From Chlorokybus atmophyticus (lineage: Eukaryota > Plantae > Mesostigma and Chlorokybus algae), in assembly GCA_009103225.1 (NCBI GenBank), contig RHPI01000797.1, positions 116,572-180,571 on the forward strand: 64,000 nucleotides of DNA, in the 5' to 3' direction. The position numbers and the translations under genes are program-made. This document shows, one piece after another, positions 13,688 through 27,800 of the stretch; the stretch's first letter is position 1, and each line of letters opens with the position of its first letter. The notes beneath the pieces are model-generated. The model had not been told where the DNA came from. It worked only from the letters and a program-made list of their open reading frames with translations, and did not search any database.

Positions 13688-15825
13688 GGGGCGTAGTTAA
13701 CAAAAAAAGTAGGCAAGTCGGAAGCACGACACCGCAATCAAGATGCGTACTGAATTTTGGGGCTGACACCAGCCGCCATACTACACACCAAGCAATCTGC
13801 TAGAACGTGCCTGTCTATCTCATTGACTGCGTGGGTGAAGTGGACACTTGACACTAAAAGCAGGTTGTGCCCCGCAAAAGTGTTTTCAGTTCAGCTGCAC
13901 CTTGTGTTGCTTGGTTGCTTTGAACCTTACTCCTGCCCACGTAGCGTGACTGCATTGAGGCAGAGTGCCCTGCGCTGTGCCCTTCCGTTTGCACTACCGC
14001 AAACTTGGTTGTGAAGGTACCCGCAGCAGCGTAGACGAGTTTATTGTTACACTTGCCTGGATACGAAGGGGCACAGGTATGCTGTACATGCTCTTGTTTG
14101 CCCACTGCCACTGCCTCAGCACCTTTGCTCTCTGTTTGTTGTTGGTTATTGTGGTGGTCAGCATTGAGGGGCTTTGACCCAGCCTGTGTTCGTAATATCA
14201 ACTTGTGTCTGCAGAAGTTGATGTCCCATTCAAATTGCAGCATGCCGATGTTCAAGTGCATTGCGTTTGCGACGCGCATACTGGCCGAACACGAGTGGAT
14301 GAACTGGTTGACATACACACTGATTAAACCGCCAGCGTGATAGCGTGCACAACACTACTTGTGTCGTGTTTGGTCAGTATGCCACGGGTGTTAGCAACAT
14401 GCATGTTCTTGCGAGCAGGCTGGGTTGATGCCGTTGCTGCCGACTGAGAACACATAGCCTTCGAATGCATAATGTGGCATCCGACCCGGGCTGGTTACAA
14501 ACGCTCTATGTTGTAAATGTTACACCACCTCGGAGAGTGAGAGCAGTGGCAAAGGACTCTTCCCTCAGCATGCACTTGCAGCAGCAAAGTGAGTACAAAG
14601 GTACTTGTACCTTCATACTCGTTGCAAGTCATTTGATGACTACTAGTCATGTAGTACACGGTTACCTTATGCCTCTAGCCATAAAAACAACATACGGTTG
14701 GTTAGAGAGCCTTCTTTGCAGTGATCAATGCCACATGCATGACACACATTTCAGCAATGTAAGCCGGAGCTTTGTGTTTTTATGCGCTTTTCCTTGGAGT
14801 TATGCACGTTAATATCAGATGAATCCAATGTTATTGTAATTGCAAGAAAATCCACAATTGAGTTGATATTGAACTATGAGTCATTGTGAAAAGCAAACCA
14901 TCTTGGCTATAAACTGCACGATCATGCCCTCACAGCTGTAAACAACTGCCAAATTCTGTCATGTGTTAAAACATTACAAAATGCGTACAATTAAACCGCG
15001 TCAATTTATCATGCATATTGTATTGAATGACAGATTTTATATATTTAAAGTTGGGGCAACGACAACTGTAGTGTAACATGTACTAAGATACACTGAGTGT
15101 AACATGTAACTTTAACATATGCCACATTCGCAGTGAGTGCTACAAGTACACTGTAGCCTACACAATGTGATGTATACAGTACTCTACCATGCACACCTAT
15201 TGTTACATGTGATGCGTCGGGTCTGCTAGTCTTCACCTGATCAGCAACAATAATTACTTTGTCACGGAGTGTTCGTGTACCACACGACGTGTAGTGACAT
15301 GCAATTTCTAAAACGGATATTTAGCAGCACGGACTTGTCTCTCACACTAACCTTGCATCAATATTCTTACAAGAAAGCATTAGGGTTTCCTGAATGCAAT
15401 GCAAGCAACTTCCCGTATCGCCACGTCTCCTGGGGGCGGCGGCGGCGGCGGTGCCGTCAGCCGGCAGCACAGTGCTTGCCAGTCAGGGGACAACCTCTTG
15501 TGGGTCTGGAGCCGCTACTGCGTTGAACACAAGGACGCTTTTGCTTTTAAGACCGGGGGCCAACCAGGCGCAGCTGGAACAAGGCTGCCCTGATTTGTCT
15601 TGTCTGTCTCCGTCCAGGCTGCTTTGCTTTTCTTTGCTTAGCTTGGGGTTTGGTCTATCAGCAGAGAAAGCATTGCTTGTGTGGTAGGCTGCTGCTGAAT
15701 AAAGCCTCTATGGGAGACCGTGCCCGGGAAGGTTGGGCCAGCTGTGCAAGCCAGGGGCAAGCAGGAGTTGTACCCTCTTGATAGGGTCGGCTAGCCTTGT
15801 ACCAGCTACTTGTCAACCATCAGCC

Positions 15826-18800
15826 ATGAGTCGGCCAGGGAGGAGGTCCAGGATGTTCCACAAGCTGGAGTACATGCCGGTGGTGGTGGCCTACACCGCC
15901 GCCTCGGTGGCGTCTGTGTCATGGCGGCTTGTGGAGGCGTACAGCGCGGCCGAGCGCAGGCGTTCAGAGGGAGAGGAGGGCCTCTTTGTGCTGGAGACTT
16001 TGTTTTCTTCGCAACTGACACTCTTCCTCATGGCCAACCTTGCAGCTTCTTTCTTCCTGCTCGGCGCCCTCATAACCAAGGCACGTACGCTTTTCGGGTT
16101 TTCATGAGCTGAACTGCACATGCACAAAGGTGGAAGCATGTATTCTCATGTTACTGCCGCGTTCCCGTTCTGTCTTTTTAGTATTTCGTAGTTTGTTAGA
16201 GGATGCATGGAGCCTGTATGCGGCTTGTTGTGTGGCTTCATAGTCATCATTTGCTCTCAAGCAAGGCATTGCGCAAGTACAGGTACAATACCATTCTGCA
16301 GCGCACAGGTGCTGCAGAGCTGCAGTCTGTAAGAGCGTCCTGCTTGCTATGTTTCTTTGCTTTTGTCAGCACGCTGTAAACTGTTGTTGCATGTGACCAC
16401 AGAAGGCAGAAGCTTTGTTGTTTTTGCACGTATGTGCTTTCGTCAATGATCGCTGGTCAATCTCAGGCGGTGTTCCTTGGTAAACTCACGATAGAAGAGT
16501 CGCACAAGTTGGCAGAGCGCTTGATCAATTATGTCCTCTTCAAGGTGAGGTGTTGCACGAATGCTAGGCAAACTGGCATGCGAGCTGCCCAACATGGGTA
16601 CGAGCTGCATTAGCACCTAACAAACGCAGTGCTTTCAGATGGTGTTCATGAGCGCAGTGGTTGAAAACTTTGAGCTGCTTGAAGTAATGCTGTGGACTTC
16701 ATGGTTTTCAGTCCTCGGGTTCCTGAAGGTAAGATGTTAATGGCTGGCGTCTGCTGCAGTACTATGAGGCTCATGCAAGTCACATTGTCCATGCATGCAG
16801 ATGTTTGCCGGCCTGTCTCGGGACCGCTTTGAGCGCCTTTGCGCAGCCCCTGGCGCAACAGTCAGCTCGCACGTGCGCACGCTGGCACTCGTCTCCATTA
16901 TTTTTGCAGTGAACTTGTCTTGGTACGTTGAGCAGGGAGCTGCTGTAACTTTACATGGATGTGACGAAGTAGATGAAAGAGGCAGGCTGCCAAATTGCAT
17001 GCTAGCATGTTTGTCTTGAGCTCACACTGAAGTCTGCCTACGGTGTGCAGCGTGTACATGTCCCTTGTTGTATTCTCGGAGCTGGGCTGGAGCAAGCTGC
17101 TGTTGCTGCTGTTTGAAGCCGTCCTTATAGCAATGGATTGCTCTCAGGTGATGCGTTGACACAGGCATGGCGATGGAGTAGACATTTGTTGCGTTGAGCT
17201 ATAGACTATCGCTGAAAACGCTTGCTTCATCTGCAGACACTTCTAAGATATGGGCTGCACTTGGCGGAGGCATGGCATATGCGCCCAAACGCTGTCAGCA
17301 GTTTGGACTCAGCTGCAGGTATGGGTTTGAGTCGCCAAGCTGGGCCCACTGCTGCTCATATGCATGATGCAAGCTAGTTGGTGGTTGCAGGTCCCTGGGA
17401 GTGGCGTGGAGCATTGCTGTTTCACATCGAGTTTGCGGCTGAGGTGTTCACGCTGCTGCTAACGCTCCTGCATTACATGCACATCTGGTGTCTACACGGC
17501 ATATCATTTCAGTTGATTGATGCCGTTCTGTTCCTCAACATACGGGTATGTAGCTGAGACAAACCTGTTTGCACATGCCATGTTCGCATGGGCACATACA
17601 GCATCAGGAAGCTGTAGCTTGCACATGAGAAGTTCAGAGCAGCATAACATTGTATGTCTCGTCTGCACAGGCTGTTGTGGGTAGTTTGCGAAGAAGGGTG
17701 AAAGGCTTTCTTAGGTATCGCAAGGCGACTCAGAACTTGCGCAAAGCCTTCCCCGATGCAACCAATGAGCAGCTGCTTGTATTCAACGACGACTGTGCGA
17801 TATGCAAGGTACGGGCGTGCAGGTGCAAGGTGTCTTATTGCTTAGCCTCTCGTCCACGGTTGATGCTTGATGACATTACCAAAGGCTTCGCTAAGTTAAC
17901 TGTTATTTTCGTATATCCCCGTGGTTTTTGATATCAGCCTCGTGCACCAAAGCTTGTTTCCCACACGCTGCCTGAAATACATGCTGTTCTGCCAGGCCTG
18001 CCCACTTCAACAGTAGTACAGGCTTGATTGGCAAACACGTAGATGCGTAGTGTTTGTCGTCCGTATCCTGCTTGCTGGCTTCATGAACAGCTGCAGGCGA
18101 ATAGTATGGACCCGCTAACAGTTGCATGTGTCAACGCTGGCACGGTTTGTAGCTAGTAACATTATGGACGTCAGTCGGTTTCTGAGGTGTGTTTTACATT
18201 TGCAGGAGCGGATGTCCACAGCCAAGAGGTTACCGTGCGGTCACCTGTTCCATCTGTCCTGTCTGAGGTCGTGGCTAGAGCAGAGCGTGTCCAACAACTA
18301 CACATGCCCGACGTGCCGAGCGTCGCTCACCACGCCCGGCACGGCGAGCGCATTGACTGCACCCTCTCCGGTCAATGAGACACCGCAGCCGCCGGTCGGA
18401 GTCGGAGGCTTCCACTGGCGACCAGCAGTGCAAGAAACTCCCGCGCGGCATCAAGGGTAAGCGCACTGGGTGGATGCATCACCTAGTCAATCTGTCTGAT
18501 ATTGCCAACATTACAGACAAAAGCACTCTACAAGTTGTGCTTTGATGTGACCTGTTGATTGACTCACTAAACATACTTCCTCTTGCAGGCAGCAATCGCA
18601 AACAGCGCCGGGCCGCGCCGCAGGTGCAGCTTCGCCTGCGAGGCATGCCCCTAGGGGTAGGGAGGGGTGGTGGTCGACGTTTTCAATGGGGTTGCGCGCG
18701 GGGCTGGAATCCACCGTGCCAGCTGTGGTGAGGCGTCGTGCGCTTTTGCGCAGGGTGCTTGCCTTGCATGTTGGGTCCATGTGGAAGCTGATGCTTCCTG

Positions 18801-19084
18801 ACTGCAATGTGCAGGATGGGGCGCCATGGTTCGAAGAGCAGCAGCGGCTATCAGCCATGGTGGTGCAAGTCCGAGAAATGCTACCTGGCATCCCAGACCA
18901 TGTTATACTACAGGTATTCTGCTGATGCACATACAATGTTGTGCAACGTTATTGCACGCGGCATTTGCTTGGTGCTTTGGTTTGTAATAAATGGCACTCC
19001 CCACAGGATCTGCGCCAAACAATGTCTGCGATGGTCACAGTCAATAACTTGCTGGATGCGGGCACTGCCTGGCATGGTCATTAG
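15826..19084 (+). CDS. RIN2: Membrane-bound RING-H2/CUE E3 ubiquitin ligase, RIN2/RIN3 (gp78/AMFR-like, ERAD)
   Basis: [23 protein letters not shown]; [13 protein letters not shown]; [37 protein letters not shown]...TCPTCRASL; [34 protein letters not shown]; stop TAG 19082-19084; alternative start at 15853. Confidence 0.9.
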
Positions 19085-20092
19085 GTCAGGTTGGGTGCTG
19101 TTGCAATGTTGAGTAGGAGTAGTACAAGCTGTTAGCACTGCGATAGGATATAACTAGTGTACAGGTGTACATTGCGGGTTGAGAGGTGTTATTTGTGCAT
19201 ACCAAGTTTAGCTTGTGCATTCAGTCTTCTGCTAGCGTGGCTGTCGCCAATGCCGATTTGATACACCAAAGCAGATGTCGTTCCCTGGCATGCATCTTTG
19301 CTGATATGGCTGACTTCTGTGATGCATGCATTGTGGCCATGTGAAGTAAAAATCCAAACAACCACACAACATCACTGCGGTTTAGTTAGGGAATGAGCAC
19401 ATTTTTCTTGTACACTTTCTTGTACACCACCGGATTACACAACAGCACACGCTGTGTAGTCCGGTGGTTGACTTAGTGTTTGTAGTGATGGCTGCCGTGT
19501 GATGCTGTGCCGGTTGCATGTCCATTGCATGTTCAATGCATGGCCATATCCGCTGCGCATTTCAGGTACATGGCACAAGTGGCAATATTACATAGAATCG
19601 CATAATAATATTACATAGAATCGCATACAGCACAGCAGCATGCCACTACTGTACCCATACATGTCGTCCGCCTCAGACCGATGCCATCAGCACGGTTTCA
19701 ATGGTTAGCAGTGCCGTCAACAATAGCTCACCGAGTTCTTGCCCTCTCATCTCAGATATCTTCTCATCGTCATGAAACTCCCTAGATTGTCACACAAGCA
19801 GAACCAATGGGCGGACTTGTCACATTGACAACTCCTCTCTCATGCAGCAAACAACAATAACCACAGTAACAACCCCACAAGCAGGGCTAGTACAGAGTTG
19901 GGGTAGGGTTGCAGGCGGCTATGGTTACAAAGCTGACGGTTGGGGCTACATATCAGCATCTGGCATGCATGATAGTAGCAACAGCTGTGCGCTCATATGT
20001 GGGTCTACGCAAGCAACAACACACCGTTACGAGGGACACAATTCAACAACTAATTCCAATGTAAACCAACAACCATCACCGAAAACTGTCAA

Positions 20093-22103
20093 CTATAGAT
20101 ACATGCCAGCTGCGTCCGACACGCTCTTGCTTTTCGCACCTTCTTTCTTGGCTTTGTCAACCGCATGAGCAAAACAAGCACCAACATTCTTCCTCGCTGC
20201 CGCAGCAATGGCTTCATCTGCGACTCGCGCGAGCGAGGGCAACACTGCGCCAGAGGGCTCAGGACGGCGGTGATAGGTGACGCATGCGAGGGCTGGGATG
20301 GATGACAACTCGCACTGCGTATGGACAATCGCGCATGTTGGAACCCATGTGCAAGTGCTTACATGTGTGTGCATATACACACGGGCTCACGCATGCACAC
20401 ACGCATATATGTATGCGTGAGTCCGTGTGCCGGCACGGGCGCGAGGGCATACATATATGTGTGCTCTTGCGCACGCACAGCGCATGCGTGCGTCGACATG
20501 AACAACAAGGCAACCTACTTGTGTGGCAATGGCTGACGGCACGCCGTCAATGATATTGCCTGGAGGGAGAAACTGCATGGCTGAGAACGTCCTCTCGGCT
20601 TCGTCACCTCCTCGTGCCATCTGCAAAAGGTTGTGTGTATGACAATTGTGTGCTGTTGTGCTGTTGCTCGTTGAAAGCATAATAGTGTCATTGTTGTCTC
20701 AAGCGACCCAACATGCCCTACCCGGTGAGCAGTGGTCTCGACAGCGTAAACTGCGGGCGCTTCGCCCGAGCCCTCGGCAGGCTCGTCCTCAGGCAAATTC
20801 TGCCCACGAAATCGCCATGCCGGCAGCGCACAAAATACCAGAACCCTGCGGTGAGCCCAACATTGAGGAATTCAAGTACAAAACCAAACTACACACACGC
20901 CAACGCACGCACGCACGCACGCATGCATGCAAGAGCTTGAGGCAGGAATGGCTTTTAGCAAACCTAACCTGGCTCGCTTGTTAGGTTAGTTGCGTACCGC
21001 TGTGGTCTGAGTGTTTGCAGCACAGCCTCTGCCCACGCAGCAGCGCGCTCAGGCGGAACCGTGTACTGGCACGAAGCCGCCATTATCGGCCCAAGTTGGT
21101 CACCATCGCCCACTTGGGATGTTGTTGCTGATGCAGATGATGACACCCTTGACTCGTAAAGCTCGCACGTTGGGTGGTATATTGTCGACGCCACATCTTC
21201 CCTTACAACCTGCAATTGCATGCAAACCATTTGCTACTGCTCTATCAGACAACAAACAGAACTGCCACCCATTCATGCCCATGGAGCAAAGAAACCACCA
21301 AAACAACATGAGGCAAACAAACAAGCAAGCATGCAAACAACAAACACAGCAAACCCACCTTTGACACTCCAGGTAATGCAATGTGTCCCGCCCGCCGCCA
21401 GCGCAAGCCTCCCGTTTCATCCAACGACTCGGATGACACGGCTGCGGCGAGCAGCAGCGTGCCGGGGCGGCCGAATGCGAGCACGAGCAAGCTGGGAGGA
21501 GGGGGCGGTGCTGGTTGATTGTCGATGGGCAGCCACTGCGCATGCACATGGTTGGACCAGCTGAAAGTCAACTTGCCGCCGATGGAGGATGTACACTTAC
21601 AGTCATAATCACCATTATAAACACGATTACAACGACAATCATGACGATCAGAGGTGCTGTGGTACTGTCAACTGTGACGCTGCTGCATGCTGCTTGCTCT
21701 TGCAGCGGCTGTGCAGCTGTTCAATGCTCCGGATAGCACGGTTGTGGAGGGTGATTCAGCATGCACATTACTTCTGCTTGTGTGATGTTGTTGTGTGCTT
21801 CTGTCTTTGTTTAAGGTGTGTGTTAGCTAGCTGGTTGCGGTAGTGAAGCTGGCCAGGCGACCACCAAGCTTGCAACCTTGCAATGTGCGTGTGCGTAAGA
21901 TCTGCACTAAAAAAAACCTATGGGCATGCATGTGCCCTCAAGAATGGCATGCATACTTGCACAGAAGGTGGACCGGCCTGCTCCACATCCTTGACTCCCA
22001 CCGTCGCCTCCTGGCCCGCCGCCTCCAGCTCCTCGTCCTCGTCGTCCTCGTCGTCCCATGTCCTAGACGGCAGCAGCTCCGTCAGCGGATCAAACGCCGC
22101 CAT
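20093..22103 (-). CDS. PAC1: Proteasome assembly chaperone 1 (PAC1/PSMG1), plant-type, multi-exon
   Basis: DPLTELLPSR, PSLLVLAFG, SCQYTVPPERAAAW, QFLPPGNIIDGVPSAIATQCEL and C-terminal GMYL* are collinear with land-plant PAC1 motifs recalled from memory. Confidence 0.75.
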
Positions 22104-22534
22104 TCCCACCCACCGCCGCCGCCACTAGGCCTGGTCTTGGCCTAGCCTACCTTGGTCTGGCCTGGTCAAGTCTAGCCTGGCCTGGTCTGGTCTAGCCTCT
22201 CCTGGCCTGGCTCTCTTTAACGGCAAACGACTGACACGGTGTTTGACTTCGCCGCTCTCGATGCTCAACGGTTAACGGCAGGCAAAAACTGTTGCTTTTA
22301 CAATCAGCACTTTTCCGCTTTTGTGTGCTGGCTGGCAAAAACGTTTTCGCTACATAAAGACGCTGCGCAACCCGTGCGTTAGTGACAGCAAGAACACTTT
22401 TCATTGCCGCCGCCGCCGCCGCCGCCGTTGCCTGGTTGAAGTTGTTGTTGCGGGTGTGTTAGCTGTGTGCAGGAGGGGTGATTGAGGCAGACTTCAGGTT
22501 TGAGAAGGGGACAGTTAACGCACAGCCTGCTGAG
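22104..22534. promoter_or_regulatory. Short divergent (bidirectional) promoter/5'UTR region between PAC1 and BSD2
   Basis: Start codons are about 430 bp apart on opposite strands; contains a CCWGG-rich array and a (GCC)n run. Confidence 0.55.
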
Positions 22535-23797
22535 ATGGCGGCGACTACGACTGCGGCGGCGGCCGCTGGGTGCACTGTGCTAGCGCTTCTGCCTGGTGAG
22601 CCGAAAGGCAGCTTTTGCCCAGCTGTTATGTCGCCTTTGCTGACACTCTAGTTGGGCATGGGTGAAAGGCTCTGACTGTGAGGAAGGTTGCTCATTGTGT
22701 TTTGTCCTTGAATGCCTATGTGCTGGCATGCTTGCGTGCTTCCTTGCTAAGCAATTGCGTGCGCATGTGTGTTGTTTGCGTGCGCAGTGGAGTGCTCCCG
22801 TGTTACAAGCACTTATTGTCCGCTGTTGCCATTGCGTGCTGCATGAGCCTGGGTGAGTGTTTGTGGTATGCCTGTGTTGCTCACTGATATGCTTGGCTAC
22901 AATGGCAGCTAGGAGGCACTCGGCGCTGGTGCACAGCTCTGCTAAGACGGGGAGACCCTGTTTCCCGCTAAAGCGTAAGATGCTTGATGGTTATGTTTCT
23001 GTACATCCATACGCTGAGACATTGCTGAGCGGAAGCAGTCACAACCCAATGCCGCATGTGTAACAATTGCGAGCTGTCCTCTGTGACGATTTGCATGCAT
23101 TGACTCGACGTATACTCCTGCAGTGCTGAGGTTACAACATTGTCTGCACTACGTTACACTTGTATTGATGTTGACATCAACTTCTGCAGTGCAATCCGCA
23201 AGGCAAACGGTCATCGTGCACGCCTCAGCAGTAAGTAGCACGCGCATTTTATTCAATGATGTGCCAACGACGGCAACACCTGTTTTACGCTCAACTGGCG
23301 TCTGTGGACAAGCTGAGACAGAGATCTCATGCTGTGTGCCTCAAACAGGAGCCCAGCAGCAGCGACAGCACCCAGTCTTCCAAAACTCAGACCAAGTCAC
23401 ACAGCATTCTTTGCACCAACTGCGATGGCAACGGTAATACATTGTGGAGGAGTCAGTCAGTTGAGACTGGCACTCGAACGCGAGTCATGCATGTTCGGAT
23501 TAATCTGGTTTTGAGTAAGCTTGCATGGCAGGTGCGGTAGTGTGCAATCAGTGCCAGGGTACAGGCAGGAACACAGAGGACTTCTTCCAGGGTCGCTTCA
23601 AAGCTGGGGAAACTTGCTGGCTTTGCAGGTAATGATTAGGGGGCAAGGTTGTTGTCCAGAGAGGAGTGTTGTATGTGTGGCATTACCTGGCACTCACCAG
23701 GCGCTTGCGTTGCTTTAGGGGAAAGCGGCAGATGCTTTGTGGCGACTGCAATGGAGCCGGGTTTATCGGTGGGTTCATGAGCACGCAGGAGGAATGA
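22535..23797 (+). CDS. BSD2: BUNDLE SHEATH DEFECTIVE 2, DnaJ-type Zn-finger Rubisco chaperone with a transit peptide
   Basis: Exons 23349-23433, 23532-23628 and 23719-23797 splice to SILCTNCDGNGAVVCNQCQGTGRNTEDFFQGRFKAGETCWLCRGKRQMLCGDCNGAGFIGGFMSTQEE*, the characteristic BSD2 C-terminus. Ala/Thr/Ser-rich N-terminal exons start at ATG 22535. Confidence 0.88.
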
Positions 23798-24683
23798 TTA
23801 TACTGAAACAATCTGTAGTTTGGCCTGGATATGAGCGCACCAGGCGCAGATTGTTGCATGCGCCTTTTTGTTAATCTTACTACGCTGGCTACCTCTACAT
23901 GTACTGCTGATGTGTATGCAACTCTGCTGCTTGCAGTGTCAGCCCTTACCTTACACGCATGCATTAGCCCATGTAATTGCATGCAGGTGGTTGCCAATGT
24001 TGTTGCAAGCTATACGTTTGGGGTTGGCTCAGGGCAGCTTGTGCTATTGGCAAGGCATGAGCATGTTGTCACACTGGGGACGGCATGCACAATACTGCAT
24101 GCCATTCTTTATACACGGAGTGCGCATGCACCTTGACTGATTAGAACGAGTATCCCCGTACCCAGTACACATTGTTTGATGCAAAGACGAATGATGGAAT
24201 ACCAAGTAGCATGATACGCAGTGCTAACATCATCAGGTTTCCGCTGGTTACATAGGTGGTATGATGGCACGTATACCGAAGTGCTACGAACTTTTCGTTG
24301 CAACAATAACTTCGTGACGGCAATCTAAGAGATTTTTATCAACTTGCTAGAGGCTTCAAGTGTGCAATGGTAGTTGCGATAGTAACGCATTGCTTTTGGC
24401 TTTTTATAACAAAGGCCAATGATAAAAGCTAGCCATGTGACCCCGAGTCGATGGGTTTTCGATTTGTTAATATAATATAAATAACAATGTAAATCAGCAT
24501 GTAATGGTACATTTCAATGCAATATTATGTATGTCACATATTATTTACGAGACAGGTTATCGCATCGTACCATGCGATGCGTATGGTACTTAAACCCAGT
24601 ATGCAAGTAATCTACTTGCGTGATGTTCGTAACTTATTAGTAACATATATAGTTGCTACAATTTTGGGTATCAGCATGTGCTC

Positions 24684-24755
24684 ATCGGAGTGGCGCAGTG
24701 GAAGCGTGGTGGGCCCATAACCCACAGGTCCTTGGATCGAAACCAAGCTCCGATA
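24684..24755 (+). tRNA. tRNA-iMet: Initiator tRNA-Met (CAT)
   Basis: 72-nt cloverleaf ATCGGAG...CTCCGAT-A with A1-U72, anticodon arm GTGGG-CCCATAA-CCCAC, T-loop ATCGAAA (A54/A60, eukaryotic initiator); TATA-like element about 35 nt upstream; TTTT terminator at 24781-24784. Confidence 0.97.
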
Positions 24756-24859
24756 CTGTCTGGAGCTTCCGCGCAGCCTCTTTTGCGAGCTTATTGCCCA
24801 CGCTTATGCGTGCTGAGGGGGTTGCGACTCGATGTCAAGTACTCGCGTCATCTTGCGTA

Positions 24860-27800
24860 GGGTAAGTGGACCGAACTTGGGAGTCGCCCTAATTTCGGAT
24901 GGCTGCCCGGCTGCGGTTTCGCTGGTAAACAACTGCGCGACGCTTTAGTGGCGCCTCCGTACTGAATCGCTTGAATCGACATCGGAAAGCGCGTACGGCA
25001 GTCGTTTCCGCAGGCACTACATAGCCGAAGTTCGGAAATCATACGGCGAATGCCCGGGTGTGCCGCCCTAAACTTTGGTCGGCCATAGTGGCCAGTAGGG
25101 TAAATCGCCCTAACTTCGTGACCTAACCTATCTTCGAAAAACCTAGTTAACAGGCGCTGTAGGGCGCATCTGTGCTCTGATTGGCTTGAGCCTTATAGGG
25201 TTGGTATTAGGCATGTGTAGGGTTCGTTTGAACCAAAAACGTTGTAAAACGGACAAATATGGTGGTTTATTCTATTGTTTGAATATAGACAAAATAAACC
25301 ACAATTACCGTGTACATAATGTCATAACTTTGTTTGATTATAACTTTTGCAAATGTTGGCTAAATAGGATGAATCTAAGCGCAAACGATTGCTTGTGTAG
25401 TGCTTAATCTAATTCCCAAAGGTATTACATTTGGGGCGGTGATGCAAAAGTTGCATGGTTAAGGGTGGGGGGGGTAACGCGTAAGATTTTGGGTGAGATG
25501 TAAAAGTGCAAGAGTGAGCGTTTGGGCTTGAAATTTGGCTTGGCGCCTTGTTCTAACGTGCTAGACTGTTTGAAATGTGTTAGTATAGTTGGCAATGCTA
25601 AGAAACTTGCCTATAGTGGTGTGGTCAAGGTTGGGGTGGTGAGGATGTGAGGTGTCAGCATGCATATGCCACATAGTGTGTATGCAAGTGAGCGCATGCA
25701 AGTGTGGGGTTGTGAGCAGGTTTGAGGCAGCAGTGTAACGCATTAGGCTTGCTTAAGGATACAAGTTATATCTGTGCCTACCTCAACCTCTACACTACTC
25801 GAGGCTACCAATGCGAGGCAGCAAGAGAGCACGGGTGGGTGATGTATGCCTCTGCACAGCATCATCATCCCTGTGGCATCCCACTCAGACCACCCATGTC
25901 TGACATATCGCTGCTCTGGTGTGTGTAGGGCAGTCAGCGGGTGAGAGCAAAGACCCCATGCAGCAAGGGTCCTCGAGGTCTCTACATGAGACATCAGGAC
26001 AACCTGGCAGACATATCATGGGTTGTGAGTGCAGTCAGAGAAGGGTGCATGACGGTGGGTGCAGCAACCCAAGAGCTGAACATCCCATACACAACTTTAC
26101 GTGACTACTGCACGCATCCTGAGAAGCTTGAGAAGCCAAGGTTAGCACTCAGCACCTGCCATTGCATGTGTTAGCAACTGCAGTTGTCAGCACACATTAG
26201 CAATGTGGTAGTAATGCATGTACATGAAAAGGCAACTGTTCTGATGTGTTATGCAACTGCGTGCAGGGGGCCAGGTGCACCCACTTCTAACTGATGCAGA
26301 GGAGGATGACCTGGCTGCCTACGTGAATGCTAGGAACCAAGTCGGACGTGCAATGACTTGGACAGAGATATGTCTTGAGGTGGGCAAACGTTTATCAAAA
26401 GACCCAAGAAGACTGTTGCTGCAAGATGGTGTACCTGGCCGGAAGTGGAGTGATGCATTCCAAGCTAGAAGGCACCTGTCATCACGCAAAGCTGAAGCTC
26501 TGGACCGCTTACGGAGGGTTGGCTTGAGCAGACCCGTTGTGGAGCACTACTTCAATCTGCTGGAGGAGGTTGTCAAGGACATGGGGGTGGGGCCGGACAG
26601 AACTATCTCCGCGGACGAGATAGGAGTTGAGCATGACACTGCCATGCAAAATCAGCGAGTGATTGTGGCAAGGTACGTGCATCCCTGTGTGTGCAATAAA
26701 TGCTTAGCTCAAGTGTGCAATGAATGTGACATACGTGTGCACATGCAGTGGTTCCAAGTGGGCACAAGCTGCAACAACGGGTTCGAGGGAACATGTTACT
26801 TTGATGGCCGTAGTCACTGGCGTTGGCTATGCATTCCCACCGCTGGTGATAGTTAAAGGGCAGAGGCTGAGCAAGGATATTGATGGCTTTGCAAAGGGTG
26901 CGCCGCTTGCCCGCTTCAAGGCACAAGAAAATGCTTAGATGACCACCGAGATCTTTGAGCTCTGGGTGCAGATGATGGTGGACCACATTCCAGGAGGAGT
27001 CTCCGTTACCAAGCCTGCACTGCTTGTCATTAATGGCCATGTCAGCCGTTACAACGCAGCCATGACCACCTTCGCCAGAGAGCATGGACTACACGTCCTC
27101 ATCCTTCCACCCCACACAACTCACAGACTGCAAGTGCTGGACGTGAGTTGTTTCCACCCCTTCAAGGAAGAGTACCGCAAGCAATATGTAGCAAGGCAAA
27201 GAACACGTTACAACTACCACCTGGGCCGAGCGGAATTCCTTAGCATGCTCGTGCAGCCATTTCATGCATCCATGGCACCTCAGACCATCATCAACGGCTT
27301 TCGTGCATGCGGACTCTGGCCGTTGAACAAGCATTGTGTGGACAAGTACCTGCCACCTGTTCTGCCCCAATGACACCTTGGAGCATTGCTGGATGCCATC
27401 GATGCTGAAGTTGCTGAGGATTCCGCTGCCGACCAGGAAGCCCCCAACTCAGAGGGAGATGACTGCGCACCTGGCACAGAAGCACCAGCCAAGAAGAGGA
27501 GAGGGGTGAAGGCTGCCCACCTCCTCACCAGTGAGCAATGCTAGAAGAGCAAGATGCAGAAAAGGAGCGGAAGAGGCAGGACAAGATCAGGAGGCCAGAG
27601 GAAAGAGCTGACAAGGCTGAGGCTGCTAAGCACGCAGCTGCTCGGAAGGCAGCCTCGCAGGCAGCTAAGAAGGCTGCCAGTGAGGCCAAGAGGTTCTTGG
27701 AGGAACAGGAACAGGAGGAGAGGAGAGCAGCCAGGCAAGACAAGCAGCAAGAGGCAGCCCAGAAGAAGAAGGAAGCTGAGGAGATCGCACACAAGGTGCA

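Noticed and set aside
19583-19627. Short tandem duplication (aatattacatagaatcgcata x2)
   Set aside because: Ordinary slippage duplication in the intergenic/3' region
23253-23320. C/D snoRNA candidate in a BSD2 intron (ATGATG...CTGA)
   Set aside because: Imperfect C box, only a 2-bp terminal stem and no recognisable rRNA guide
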